This document shows positions 51,695-61,043 of a stretch of DNA of 64,000 nucleotides, one piece after another. Source of the stretch: Nanobdellota archaeon (GTDB lineage: Archaea > Nanobdellota > Nanobdellia > Pacearchaeales > GW2011-AR1); the NCBI GenBank assembly GCA_038045385.1, contig JBBSYE010000002.1:65509-129508 (forward strand). The letters are read 5' to 3'. Position 1 is the first letter of the stretch. Every line of letters begins with the position of its first letter. Below the pieces are notes generated by a model. That model was not told the origin of the DNA, did no database searches, and saw nothing but the letters and a program-made list of their open reading frames with translations. The position numbers and the translations under genes were made by a program.

Positions 51695-52179
51695 TATTCA
51701 ATTACCCATCCTTTTTCTATAATGGATATGAAATTTTTATTTTTTAACACGTTCTTGTAATGAATTTGAATCTTTCGGTTCAATTTCTTTTCAATCTTTT
51801 CAAAATTTATATTGCGTTTTTCAATATCTACAAATATGTCAAGGTCAGATTCTGCAGTGTTTTCAACTTTCGCTATAGAGCCAAAAAGAATAGGTTTTTT
51901 AAAAAGAAAATCTTTGCCGAATTCTTTTAGAAGATATTTTAGAGTTAGTCTCCAGTAAGCTCTTGCAAGGTCTTTAAAGAGAGAAGATTCTTTATTTGCA
52001 CGATAATAAATATAGACTCTGTCTCTTCTAGATAATAATGACTCTTGTTTTTCAGCCTCTTTTAGGAAGGTTGATGCAGTAGGGGGGGACAACTTTGATA
52101 TTCTTGCATATTCTCTTACAGAATACTCTCTATGCGTATCTTCAAAAAATGGTTTAAGTCTGTTAAATATTTCTAACAT
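51694..52179 (-). CDS. Winged-helix plus minimal nucleotidyltransferase protein
   Basis: ILFGSIAKVENTAESDLDIFVD, with an N-terminal wHTH-like segment. Confidence 0.7.
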   Translation of the reverse strand: MLEIFNRLKPFFEDTHREYSVREYARISKLSPPTASTFLKEAEKQESLLSRRDRVYIYYRANKESSLFKDLARAYWRLTLKYLLKEFGKDFLFKKPILFGSIAKVENTAESDLDIFVDIEKRNINFEKIEKKLNRKIQIHYKNVLKNKNFISIIEKGWVIE

Positions 52180-52280
52180 GTGTTAAAAATAACTAACACT
52201 TGTATTTAAATGTTATCTAATAAACAGATCAGACTTTCTCGAATAGATTATTTTTTATACTGCTCCTTATATGGTCTGAT

Positions 52281-52862
52281 ATGGCGGAACGCGTTAATCA
52301 GCTTATTGACTTTTTGAAAGAGATTGAGCAGTTCAAGAGTGTGCAACGAGTGAACGTTATTTCTAAAGAATTGAGACGGGAGAGCGACGCGGAACATACG
52401 TGGCATCTTGCTATGTTCTTTTTGTTGTTTGAGAAAGAGTTGCCTGTAGGAATTGATTTAGTGAAGGTGTTGAAATTATGTTTAATACACGATTTGCCTG
52501 AGATTTATGCAGGAGATACTTTTGCCTTTGATACTATTGCAGTTAAGACTAAGAAGGAGCGAGAAGACAAAGCTGCAAGTAAGCTATTTTCTAATTTGCC
52601 TGATGACTTACGAACAGATTTTATGGCTTTATGGAAAGAATATGAATCATGTGTAACTAAAGAAGCACAATTTGTTAAATCCTTTGATAAAATGCAGCCT
52701 ATTTTACAACACCTTTGTACAGAGGGAAGGGTATGGAAGGAGCGCGGTATAAAATATGAACAAGTTGATGGTAATAAAAGAAATCATATGACTCACCATA
52801 GTCTAACAATGGATATTTATGAGCGATTGATGGAAGAGGCTAAAGAGCGAAGACTGCTCTAG
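52281..52862 (+). CDS. HD-domain 5'-deoxynucleotidase (YfbR-like)
   Basis: ESDAEHTWHLA...LIHDLPEIYAGD. Confidence 0.75.
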   Translation: MAERVNQLIDFLKEIEQFKSVQRVNVISKELRRESDAEHTWHLAMFFLLFEKELPVGIDLVKVLKLCLIHDLPEIYAGDTFAFDTIAVKTKKEREDKAASKLFSNLPDDLRTDFMALWKEYESCVTKEAQFVKSFDKMQPILQHLCTEGRVWKERGIKYEQVDGNKRNHMTHHSLTMDIYERLMEEAKERRLL

Positions 52863-52866
52863 TAGA

Positions 52867-52874
52867 TTTAAATA
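52867..52874 (+). promoter_or_regulatory. TATA box (TTTAAATA)
   Basis: 21 nt upstream of the ATG at 52896. Confidence 0.55.
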
Positions 52875-52895
52875 CTAATTCTCGCTTTAGTTTTT

Positions 52896-54563
52896 ATGAA
52901 TCTGGAAAAGTTCATTTGGGCTTATGCCTTACAGAATGCTATTGATTTTGGTAAAACTGATGCTTCCAAGATATTGCCTAAATTATTTCAACATGGGCTT
53001 GATAGAAAGGATATTGGGAAAATAATGCCTGAAATTCAGAAAGTTGTTGCGGAAGTGAATAAACTTTCTTCTGATAAAAAAGTTATTGATTTTAAGAATT
53101 ATGAGAAATTTGTTAAAGTGCATGAGCATAAAGATGGAGGGTTGCCGGAGCTTGAACATACGGGAAAAGTTGTTACTAGATTGCCTCCAGAGCCTTCAAA
53201 GTATAATCATATCGGTCACGCTCTAATTTTTATTATTCAATATCTTTATGCTAAAAAGTATAATGGAAAATGTATTTTGAGAATTGAAGATACAAATCCA
53301 GAGAAATCAAGCAAGGAGTTTTATGATGCTATGAAGGAAGACTTGAGTTGGCTTGGTATAAAATGGGATGAGGAAGTTATTGCTTCTAACGATTTGGTAA
53401 AGATGTATGGTCTTTGCGAGAAACTTTTGAATAATGGCGATGCTTTTGTTTGTTCTTGTTCGCAAGATAAAATTAAAGAGCTTCGAGAGCAGATGATTGC
53501 TTGTAGTTGCCGTTCACGCGATTCAAAAGTTAATTTAGCTGAATGGAAAATGATGCTTGATAAGAAATTTAAAGATGGAGAGAGAATTGTTCGGCTGAAA
53601 GGCGATATGGGCTCGAATAATGGCGTTATGCGAGATCCTGTTATCTTTAGAATTTCTTATGCTTCTCATTTTTTGCAAAAGAAGAAATATTGTGTTTGGC
53701 CGACTTATGATTTTGAAAATCCAGTTGAGGATTCGCTAAATGGGGTTAGCCATGTTATTAGGACCAATGAGTTTGAGTTGCGTGACGAGTTGCATAAATT
53801 CATTCAGGCTAAGTTGGGCTTGAAGAGCCCTATTGTTCGTGAGATTGGGAGATATAGAATAGCTGGCGCGGAAACACAGGGACGTGTAATTCGAGAGATG
53901 ATTGAGTCAGGTAAGATGATCGGATGGGATGATCCGCGTCTTGTGACTATTAGGGCGCTAAGAAGAAGGGGATTTTTGCCTGAAATGTTTTTTGAACTTG
54001 CGAAGGTTGTTGGATTATCAAAGTCAAGCGGACAGATTGATTTCGCTGTTTTAGAGTCTATTAATCGTAAGCTTGTTGATGCTAGCGCTAAAAGATATTT
54101 CTTTATTCAAAATCCTATTAAAATTTCGGTTGATGGCGCGCCTTCTTTAAAATGTAAAGCGCCCTTGCATCCGTCAGGAAATTTGGGATTTAGAGCCTTG
54201 AATACAAATGAGGATTTTTATATAACTAAGAAGGATTTTGATTCTTTGAATAAGAGCAAGAAGGGGAATGTAAGATTTATGCATCTACTTAATGCCTCTT
54301 TTTCTAAGGGGAAATTTGCTTTCCTTTCAGAGGAAGTTGATTCTAAATTGAAAGCGAGTTTTGTTCATTGGTTGCCTGCTTCTAAAGAGGAGAGTATTAA
54401 GACTAGGATAATGATGTCTAATGCTGAATTTATTGAGGGTTTTTTAGAGGCTGGAGCTAGTAAGCTGAAAATTGGGGAAATTGTGCAATTTGAGAGGTTT
54501 GGTTTTGTTAGGTTAGATAAGAAAAGCCATAAAGGTATGGAATTTTGGTTTACCTGTTCTTAA
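52896..54563 (+). CDS. gltX: Glutamyl-tRNA synthetase (archaeal type)
   Basis: PPEPSKYNHIGHA (HIGH), LRIEDTNPE and the archaeal N-terminal helical domain. Confidence 0.9.
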   Translation: MNLEKFIWAYALQNAIDFGKTDASKILPKLFQHGLDRKDIGKIMPEIQKVVAEVNKLSSDKKVIDFKNYEKFVKVHEHKDGGLPELEHTGKVVTRLPPEPSKYNHIGHALIFIIQYLYAKKYNGKCILRIEDTNPEKSSKEFYDAMKEDLSWLGIKWDEEVIASNDLVKMYGLCEKLLNNGDAFVCSCSQDKIKELREQMIACSCRSRDSKVNLAEWKMMLDKKFKDGERIVRLKGDMGSNNGVMRDPVIFRISYASHFLQKKKYCVWPTYDFENPVEDSLNGVSHVIRTNEFELRDELHKFIQAKLGLKSPIVREIGRYRIAGAETQGRVIREMIESGKMIGWDDPRLVTIRALRRRGFLPEMFFELAKVVGLSKSSGQIDFAVLESINRKLVDASAKRYFFIQNPIKISVDGAPSLKCKAPLHPSGNLGFRALNTNEDFYITKKDFDSLNKSKKGNVRFMHLLNASFSKGKFAFLSEEVDSKLKASFVHWLPASKEESIKTRIMMSNAEFIEGFLEAGASKLKIGEIVQFERFGFVRLDKKSHKGMEFWFTCS

Positions 54564-54938
54564 GGGATTTTGGTTTTTGCTGAAATAAGTGTAAAAATGG
54601 AATTAAGTGTTATCTGATAACTATTAGCTATGCTTTTTGTTTGACTTTAGGGATAAAATCGCAAAACTTCACGAACAAAGCGAATGCATCAGCACTCACT
54701 GACTAGAATTAATGTAACTTCATCTTTTTTGTGCAACTAATTGTGTATCCTAAATTTTTTCTTTAGCCGAATTATTATGTCTATTGATGTCGCAAAATCT
54801 TGCTTTATGGAGGTTTACTTAATATTTTAAAGTTTTTTTTAACAATTACCCTTTTGGATATTGACGATATTTAGCGAAATCTTTATAAACATCTTTTTCT
54901 AGTCTAAGAGATTACTAATAAGTAAAAGGAGGTTTATC

Positions 54939-55418
54939 ATGATAAATACAAAAAGAGGTCTTAGTGACATTATAACAAACGTCTTGATTATCCTTCTAGT
55001 GCTAGTTGCTGTTGGAATTATCTGGGCTTTTGTACGTCCCGCAATTCAAGGCGGAGCACAACAAGTTGCTGGAGCAAGTGATTGCTTAGCCGTTAATGTT
55101 GTTCCTACTGCTTGCTCGAATACAGTTACAGGAGCAACTACCGGAGCAGATTTATGGAATGTTACTGTTAGCATGGGCACTGGTTCAACTGCGAATATAG
55201 AAGAGTTGAAGTTCATATTTAGAGATTCAACTGGAGCAGTTAGGACGAATACTACTACTATAATACCGGAGGAGTTTGAATCAAGGACTTTTGATGTTCT
55301 TGGGTTAACTGGTTTTTCAGAGGATACTGTTGATATCGCAGTAGTTGTTTCTGCTAGTGGACAGTTAAAGACTTGTGAGCCTTCTGGCACACCTGTTACT
55401 TGCACGTCTCCGGCTTAA
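54939..55418 (+). CDS. Archaeal type IV pilin-like protein (class III signal peptide)
   Basis: MINTKRG|LSDIITNVLIILLVLVAVGIIW. GGAGGT Shine-Dalgarno at 54928-54933. TTTATAAA box at 54883-54890. Confidence 0.75.
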   Translation: MINTKRGLSDIITNVLIILLVLVAVGIIWAFVRPAIQGGAQQVAGASDCLAVNVVPTACSNTVTGATTGADLWNVTVSMGTGSTANIEELKFIFRDSTGAVRTNTTTIIPEEFESRTFDVLGLTGFSEDTVDIAVVVSASGQLKTCEPSGTPVTCTSPA

Positions 55419-55499
55419 GGAGATTTATTTTTTTCTTTTTCTTTATTTTTTTTAACTTGAGGGCGAGAGCTCTGTTAAAATGTAAGGAGTTTATGGGAC

Positions 55500-56006
55500 T
55501 TATTGCTCAATAATCACTTTAGCTTTTGACAGAATTTCTTTTGTGATTTCAAGGAGTTCTTCTTCAAGGTTTTCTTCAATTGATAATTTTGTGCCGTATT
55601 GATAGTGTTCTCTTATTTGCATTGTTGTAAGTTCGTCTTTTGTACTATCCAGAAGGGCGACTTTTTCTATTAGCTCTTTGTTTAGAGGAATTTGTTTATT
55701 TTCAATCAGACTATTTATTAATGCAAAAGTGCATTCTTGATTTCTTGAGTCATATCCAAATTTTATCGCGATTGCTAATAAAGATTGATAAATAGAATAG
55801 AAAAAAGCGCTTGCTGACCAATCGGAATATTCTGTTTTTGCGAAGTGAATTGCGGCTTTTAGATTATGTTCTGCTTTTTTTATATGTTCTAATGCTTTTT
55901 GTTTATCAGGGGTTATTTTGATTAGTCCTCTGTGTTTCTTTCCTAAGGCTAGTTCTTTTTGTGCTTTTTCAAGACACCAAGCTAATCTTTTTTCAGTGTT
56001 GTTCAT
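55500..56006 (-). CDS. HEPN-domain protein
   Basis: 168 aa. AEHNLKAAIHFA and QIREHYQYG regions. 4-nt overlap with the upstream NTase. Confidence 0.65.
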   Translation of the reverse strand: MNNTEKRLAWCLEKAQKELALGKKHRGLIKITPDKQKALEHIKKAEHNLKAAIHFAKTEYSDWSASAFFYSIYQSLLAIAIKFGYDSRNQECTFALINSLIENKQIPLNKELIEKVALLDSTKDELTTMQIREHYQYGTKLSIEENLEEELLEITKEILSKAKVIIEQ

Positions 56007-56584
56007 TGGTTTATTATTTCTATAAGGGCTTCTTCTCCAGAAACAAATATACCCTTTAAAGCGTTAAGGATAACCTTATTTTTTTCTTTTATCTGTTCTG
56101 TTAAGTCTTCTTTTGTTTGGAATAATGGGTGAATCTTTTTTTGATTTATTACGTTTATTGATTCAATTTCTTTTTTTATATTTTTTATATTATCTTTGTT
56201 GACTATTAGCAGAACATCAATATCATTGGCTTTTTCTTCATTTGTTAATATAGAACCAAATAATATTGAGGCAGTTGAATTTATTTTTTTTAGTTCTTTG
56301 AGCCACATTTTTATATAAGGGTTTGCTTGCTCTTTTTCTCTTTTAAGAAGAAAGATAACATAATCTTTTGAGTGTTCGTTTTTAAGATTTAAAGAGTATA
56401 TATTGGCCATACCAATCTTTTTTTTATTTAAAATTCCTTTTTCTTCTAACCTTCTTGCTATTTTTAGAGCACCCATTACGCTTATTTTTAGTTCTTTTGA
56501 AAGAGTGGTTGCTGAATGTTCTTTTTCAGGAGATTTCAGAATAGCCAAGATTAGTTTCATTTCGTTTTCAATTGGGTTTTTCAT
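56003..56584 (-). CDS. Winged-helix plus minimal nucleotidyltransferase protein
   Basis: ILFGSILTNEEKANDIDVLLIV, with an N-terminal wHTH (LSKELKISVMGALKIARRLEEKGIL). Confidence 0.7.
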   Translation of the reverse strand: MKNPIENEMKLILAILKSPEKEHSATTLSKELKISVMGALKIARRLEEKGILNKKKIGMANIYSLNLKNEHSKDYVIFLLKREKEQANPYIKMWLKELKKINSTASILFGSILTNEEKANDIDVLLIVNKDNIKNIKKEIESINVINQKKIHPLFQTKEDLTEQIKEKNKVILNALKGIFVSGEEALIEIINQ

Positions 56585-56670
56585 TTTAAACTTATAGTTT
56601 AAATAACTAAACTTATAGTTTAAATAGCTTTCGGTTTAATAATAGTCTGTGGGCAATTAGTTTCTTGCAA

Positions 56671-57366
56671 TTACTTAGATTTCTTTTTTACTGGCTTTGC
56701 TTTAGCTTCTTTTGCTTGTTGCTTTTGGATTTCTTCTTGTTCTTTCTTTAGAACTTCCTTTAGCTTGTCTAGTTGTTCAAGCTTTGCTTTTATAGCGTCG
56801 CTATCGGAGCTATTTCCTTGAATAACTTGAGGTTGGGCTTGAGTTTGTGCTGGAGAGCCTTGAGGTTGAAGTCCGGGCATTTTTTGAATATAGTCAAATA
56901 GTGATGATTTTTCTAGCTTTAGAACTGTTTGAGATTCATCTTCAATGTGTGCTTTAATTATGTCCATGCCGGATAGAATGCAACTCACACTCCAGACTTT
57001 CTTTCCTTTTACGTTTTGAATTACTGCAATCATTTTCTTGATATTTGAGGTGATATTGCGATTTCGCATTTCATCTTGTAAGATTCCATGTAGGGCCTCT
57101 AAGTCAATATTTATGCCGATATCTAAAGGTTCAGGAGTTTTCTTTTCAATCATATCAAATAATTGTAAGGCTACTTTTTTATCTAGAGTGAATGCTGCGA
57201 ATTTCTTTTTAGAAGGTACGAAATAGTCTATTTGATGGACGTTATTGCCTGACTCAAAGTCTATCACGAAGAATCCTGCTGTTAAGAAAGCGTCTTTATT
57301 TTTCTGTTGGAAGTCTTTGTAGGCGTCGGAGCCTTGAAGCTTGTGAAGATATGGTTTGATTTTCAT
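56671..57366 (-). CDS. Hypothetical protein (231 aa) with Q/P-rich linker and K/E-rich tail
   Basis: ORF only. Confidence 0.55.
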   Translation of the reverse strand: MKIKPYLHKLQGSDAYKDFQQKNKDAFLTAGFFVIDFESGNNVHQIDYFVPSKKKFAAFTLDKKVALQLFDMIEKKTPEPLDIGINIDLEALHGILQDEMRNRNITSNIKKMIAVIQNVKGKKVWSVSCILSGMDIIKAHIEDESQTVLKLEKSSLFDYIQKMPGLQPQGSPAQTQAQPQVIQGNSSDSDAIKAKLEQLDKLKEVLKKEQEEIQKQQAKEAKAKPVKKKSK

Positions 57367-57406
57367 CTCTTTATAACTTCTTGAGTATTGGGATGTTTAT
57401 AAAGAT

Positions 57407-57829
57407 TTAGCTGTTGCTTGATATTTCAGCATCTATAAGCTCTTTTGTGGTAATTATCCTAATTTTGTTTTGTTTTCTGAAATCTTTATCATCTGTCCAA
57501 ATAGGGCAGGAATTATGGGCAAGAGAGGTTGCAACTATTGGAACATCGTCTTTGTCAATATGGGCGATTATCTTTTCTGCTTCTTCAACAAATGGAAGAA
57601 TCTTGCTGTTTTTTATTGTGATAATATGTTTTGACAAGATAAATAGGGTATTTTCTAAGTCGTCTTCAGATAGCTTTGATTTTTGTAATAACTCTTCTTT
57701 ATGTTCTTCAATTTCTTTGTAGACTATTTCTGGTGAAATTAGAGTCTCATAGGTATGGGTTAGGAGTTTTCTTACCTCACTATCTTTTATTAATGCGGAT
57801 ATTATAATGTTAGTGTCCACGACTAGCAT
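57407..57829 (-). CDS. vapC: PIN-domain toxin VapC
   Basis: MLVVDTNIIISAL..., C-terminal WTDDKDF. Confidence 0.8.
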   Translation of the reverse strand: MLVVDTNIIISALIKDSEVRKLLTHTYETLISPEIVYKEIEEHKEELLQKSKLSEDDLENTLFILSKHIITIKNSKILPFVEEAEKIIAHIDKDDVPIVATSLAHNSCPIWTDDKDFRKQNKIRIITTKELIDAEISSNS

Positions 57830-58043
57830 ATAGTTTTTTAGTTGCAGAAGATTTTATACTTTTGCTTATTTTTTCAACATCCTCGTTAGTGAGTTTACTT
57901 TTTGAGGCAATTTCGTTAAGTATTTCAAGGTCGTTTACTCTCTGCTCAATTGCGCGCCGAGCTATTTCACTCCATTTTATTTCAGTGAACTTTTTCATTC
58001 TTATTGCTAGTTCTTCAGGAACAGAGAGGGTTATGTTTGTCAT
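57810..58043 (-). CDS. vapB: Ribbon-helix-helix-like antitoxin
   Basis: MTNITLSVPEELAIRMKKF; overlaps the PIN gene by 20 nt. Confidence 0.65.
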   Translation of the reverse strand: MTNITLSVPEELAIRMKKFTEIKWSEIARRAIEQRVNDLEILNEIASKSKLTNEDVEKISKSIKSSATKKLYASRGH

Positions 58044-58077
58044 AAATAGTTATGCGTTAGCACATATTTAAGGCTTT

Positions 58078-58446
58078 CTATGCATTGGCAAGACATTTCT
58101 TAATTGGTTCTATCACGTTTTTTTTAAAATCTTGGTCTTCAGGAAGTCCAGGTTTATCAAGCGCACCAGCAAGGTCTTTTAATAAAGAGCCATTTCTTCC
58201 AAGAGAAGGTCTACATCCAACTGTCCCTACAATCATCATATCTTCTGGAGAATTTTTTTCACCAATGTATGCCCAAAGTTGATAATCTATAATTAAGCTA
58301 CTTCTTACTCCAGAGCAATATTTTACACCCATTTCAAGATGAGCCTCACTTGGTCCTTCCAAATCTAAAAAGTATTTGTCTTCATCTCCAGGCTTTCGAG
58401 TAGTTTTGCCTTCCCATTTTGCTTTAACTGGAACTTTGTATTTCAT
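58078..58446 (-). CDS. Hypothetical protein (122 aa) translationally coupled to thrS
   Basis: 4-nt overlap with the thrS stop. Confidence 0.55.
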   Translation of the reverse strand: MKYKVPVKAKWEGKTTRKPGDEDKYFLDLEGPSEAHLEMGVKYCSGVRSSLIIDYQLWAYIGEKNSPEDMMIVGTVGCRPSLGRNGSLLKDLAGALDKPGLPEDQDFKKNVIEPIKKCLANA

Positions 58447-60155
58447 ACAATTAACTCTTCTTCAAGTTGCTTGATAAACTTATCTATCTTGATACCGAAT
58501 TCTGGCTTTTTGCCTCTTGGTCTTACTGCTAGTGTTTTGGAATTTTCTTCTTTATCGCCTACTACTAAAATGTAATTTACTTTCATTAGTTCTGCGTCTC
58601 TAATTTTAGCTTGAACTGTGTCGCCTCTTGAGTCTGTATCTATTTTTAATTCTGGAATTGCTTTTTTTAGCTCTTGAGCTATTTTTTCCGTAGCTTTTAT
58701 ATTTCTATCTGTAAAGCTGATGATGCGGACTTGTCTAGGTGATAGCCAGAGTGGAAGATTTCCATTTAGATGTTCTAGTAATATTCCGATAAATCTTTCT
58801 AGTGAACCGAAAATTGCGCGATGTATTACTAAAGGAGTATGCTCTTTATTATCTGCGCCAGTGTAGTTTAGCTCGAATCTTAGAGGAATTTGCATGTCTA
58901 GCTGAATTGTGCCACATTGCCAGCTTCTATTTAGAGAGTCTTTGATATGTAAATCTATTTTTGGTCCGTAGAATGCTCCGTCGCCTTTGTTTATAGTATA
59001 TTTTATTTTTGCTTTTTTTAGTTCTGCTTCAAGGGTTTTTTCTGCTTGGTTCCAGACTTCAATTTCTCCCATGAATTTTTCAGGACGTGTTGATAACGTT
59101 AACGAGTAATCGAAACCGAATGTTTTTTTGTAATAAAAGTCTATGAGTTTTAGCGCACTTGCTATTTCTGACCCTACTTGTTCGTTTGTACAGAATATAT
59201 GTGCATCGTCTTGCATGAAGCGAATCACACGGAAAAGTCCGGAAAGAACACCTGAAAGTTCCATTCTATGTAAATAGCCGAAATCTGAAAGTCTTAATGG
59301 TAAGTCTTTGTAACTTCTTGTTTTTGACTTGAATAACAACATAGCTCCTGGGCAGTTCATTGGCTTCACTCCAAAATCTCGATCTTCATATTTTGTTAGG
59401 AACATATTGTCTTTGTAATGAGTCCAATGGCCGGATACTTTCCATAATGCATTGGAGAAGATTTGAGGAGTGGCTATCTCTTGATAGTTTTCTTTTTCTT
59501 GGGCGTTTCTTGCGAATTGCATTAGTTTATTGTAAATATGCAATCCCGAGGGATACCAGAAGGTGCTTCCGGGCGCGACTTCGTTGAAATTGAATAGCTC
59601 AAGTCTTTGACCGAGAATACGATGATCGTTATCTTTTAGCTTTGAAGTGTCTAGCTTGGAAGTTGACATTTCTTTTAATAGTCTTTTTAGTTCTTCCGAA
59701 GTTATTTCTTTTTCTACGCTCTTTACTTCATTTTCTTTTGAACTTGAGAATGTTTTGCTTAGTTCTGATAGTGGATGGCCTTTTGTTTTTAATTCGAAGG
59801 TCTTATAGTAGCCGAATGGAGCTCTTGTTGTGTTGAATTTCTTCTTTAGCTCATGTTCGGCTTGCTCTAACATTTCTAACGCTATTTTAGGCGGGGCGAG
59901 ATTTGATGATAGATGGGCATAGGGATATAGAACTATATTTTTTGCTTTAACTTCCGAAGCATGTTTTTCAATTGAACTAAGTAATTGCTTTAATTCTTCT
60001 TGTGAATCGCCTTTTTCAACACTCGTGAGGACAACGAGACATTCTTTTACTTCTTGCTCTTTTTTTTCTTTATCATTAAGCTCGGGAGCGTCTTTTACAG
60101 CTTTTTTTTCAGCTTTGAATTTTATGTAATCGCAATGCAGGGATAGTGTTCGCAT
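58443..60155 (-). CDS. thrS: Threonyl-tRNA synthetase, archaeal type with N-terminal editing domain
   Basis: The N-terminal MRTLSLHCDYIKF...NIVLYPYAHLS editing domain is followed by a class II core (..FRVIRFMQDDAHIF.., GTIQLD). Confidence 0.9.
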   Translation of the reverse strand: MRTLSLHCDYIKFKAEKKAVKDAPELNDKEKKEQEVKECLVVLTSVEKGDSQEELKQLLSSIEKHASEVKAKNIVLYPYAHLSSNLAPPKIALEMLEQAEHELKKKFNTTRAPFGYYKTFELKTKGHPLSELSKTFSSSKENEVKSVEKEITSEELKRLLKEMSTSKLDTSKLKDNDHRILGQRLELFNFNEVAPGSTFWYPSGLHIYNKLMQFARNAQEKENYQEIATPQIFSNALWKVSGHWTHYKDNMFLTKYEDRDFGVKPMNCPGAMLLFKSKTRSYKDLPLRLSDFGYLHRMELSGVLSGLFRVIRFMQDDAHIFCTNEQVGSEIASALKLIDFYYKKTFGFDYSLTLSTRPEKFMGEIEVWNQAEKTLEAELKKAKIKYTINKGDGAFYGPKIDLHIKDSLNRSWQCGTIQLDMQIPLRFELNYTGADNKEHTPLVIHRAIFGSLERFIGILLEHLNGNLPLWLSPRQVRIISFTDRNIKATEKIAQELKKAIPELKIDTDSRGDTVQAKIRDAELMKVNYILVVGDKEENSKTLAVRPRGKKPEFGIKIDKFIKQLEEELIV

Positions 60156-60194
60156 GATTAAATCATGAGATTAAGGTATAAAAGGTTTTTTCTT

Positions 60195-60596
60195 TTATTT
60201 AGGAGCATACTTTCCAAGATATTCGACTAGACACAAGTCTTTTGTATTTTCAGAAGTTTCTAGAATAGTTATAAATCTGGCTCTATCTCTAGCATCTTTT
60301 GGAATATACCATATTTCATTATCTTTAGAGTCTTCATCATCTTGGGCTTTATCATACCCAATTGAATTCATATAATTTGTAACATGGTCTTTGAGTAATC
60401 CAAGAATAAAACTATTATTGGCAGAGATAGTCATGTCTTCTTGAGTCATAAAAGAATCTCTTGGAGATTGAGGTAGACCTTCTCTTTTTTTTGCTTTGTT
60501 TACAACTCTTAATATGTCGAATTCATCAGATATGTCTTTTGCTTTTACTTTTAGTCCTTCAATAGTTGAAAGATAGTCTGCGAGTGTTTCTGTCAT
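60195..60596 (-). CDS. Hypothetical protein (133 aa), weak paralogue of 60596-61042
   Basis: Both start MTE(Q)TL..YL. 1-nt overlap with the upstream gene. Confidence 0.55.
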   Translation of the reverse strand: MTETLADYLSTIEGLKVKAKDISDEFDILRVVNKAKKREGLPQSPRDSFMTQEDMTISANNSFILGLLKDHVTNYMNSIGYDKAQDDEDSKDNEIWYIPKDARDRARFITILETSENTKDLCLVEYLGKYAPK

Positions 60597-61042
60597 TATT
60601 TTTCCATTTCAAATAATTGAATTTTTAGAGCGTCCGCTTTTCCTGAATTAATCTGGAATAAGTATTCTACCCTTTTTCTTTCTTCTTGATCGTTAAAATA
60701 TTCATCCCATCTGCAATTGGGGCTAATTTCGCCAGCTATAGTCTCAAAAGTTTGATATCCTTGTTCATTCATATAATCATCAACTAATTCTGATATTTTT
60801 TTTGAAGTTTTATATTCTTTAATTACAGGAATTTCAAATATTTCCAAGGTTCTGCGTTTTTGTTCTTCCGAACCTATAATTAATGTAAGATTGCCCAAGT
60901 GTTTTGCACCAAGATGATTTCCAGCTTCTGATTCATTCTTACACATTCTTGAAAGCAGTTCACTTATTTTAGTTTCTTCTGCATCATTTGTTTTTACTTC
61001 TAATCTTTGTTCTAGGTAGTTACGGAGAGTTTGTTCTGTCAT
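60596..61042 (-). CDS. Hypothetical protein (148 aa)
   Basis: ORF. 1-nt gap after the upstream gene. Confidence 0.55.
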   Translation of the reverse strand: MTEQTLRNYLEQRLEVKTNDAEETKISELLSRMCKNESEAGNHLGAKHLGNLTLIIGSEEQKRRTLEIFEIPVIKEYKTSKKISELVDDYMNEQGYQTFETIAGEISPNCRWDEYFNDQEERKRVEYLFQINSGKADALKIQLFEMEK

Positions 61043-61043
61043 T

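Noticed and set aside
52896-53180. N-terminal ~95-aa helical domain on GluRS, considered as an unusual GatB/YqeY-like fusion
   Set aside because: Archaeal GluRS enzymes normally carry this N-terminal domain, so it is not a novelty.
54564-54938. 375-bp non-coding gap upstream of the pilin gene, scanned for a tRNA or structured RNA gene
   Set aside because: It is AT-rich with no cloverleaf, no extended complementary stems and no repeats. It most simply contains the pilin promoter (TTTATAAA at 54883) and leader.
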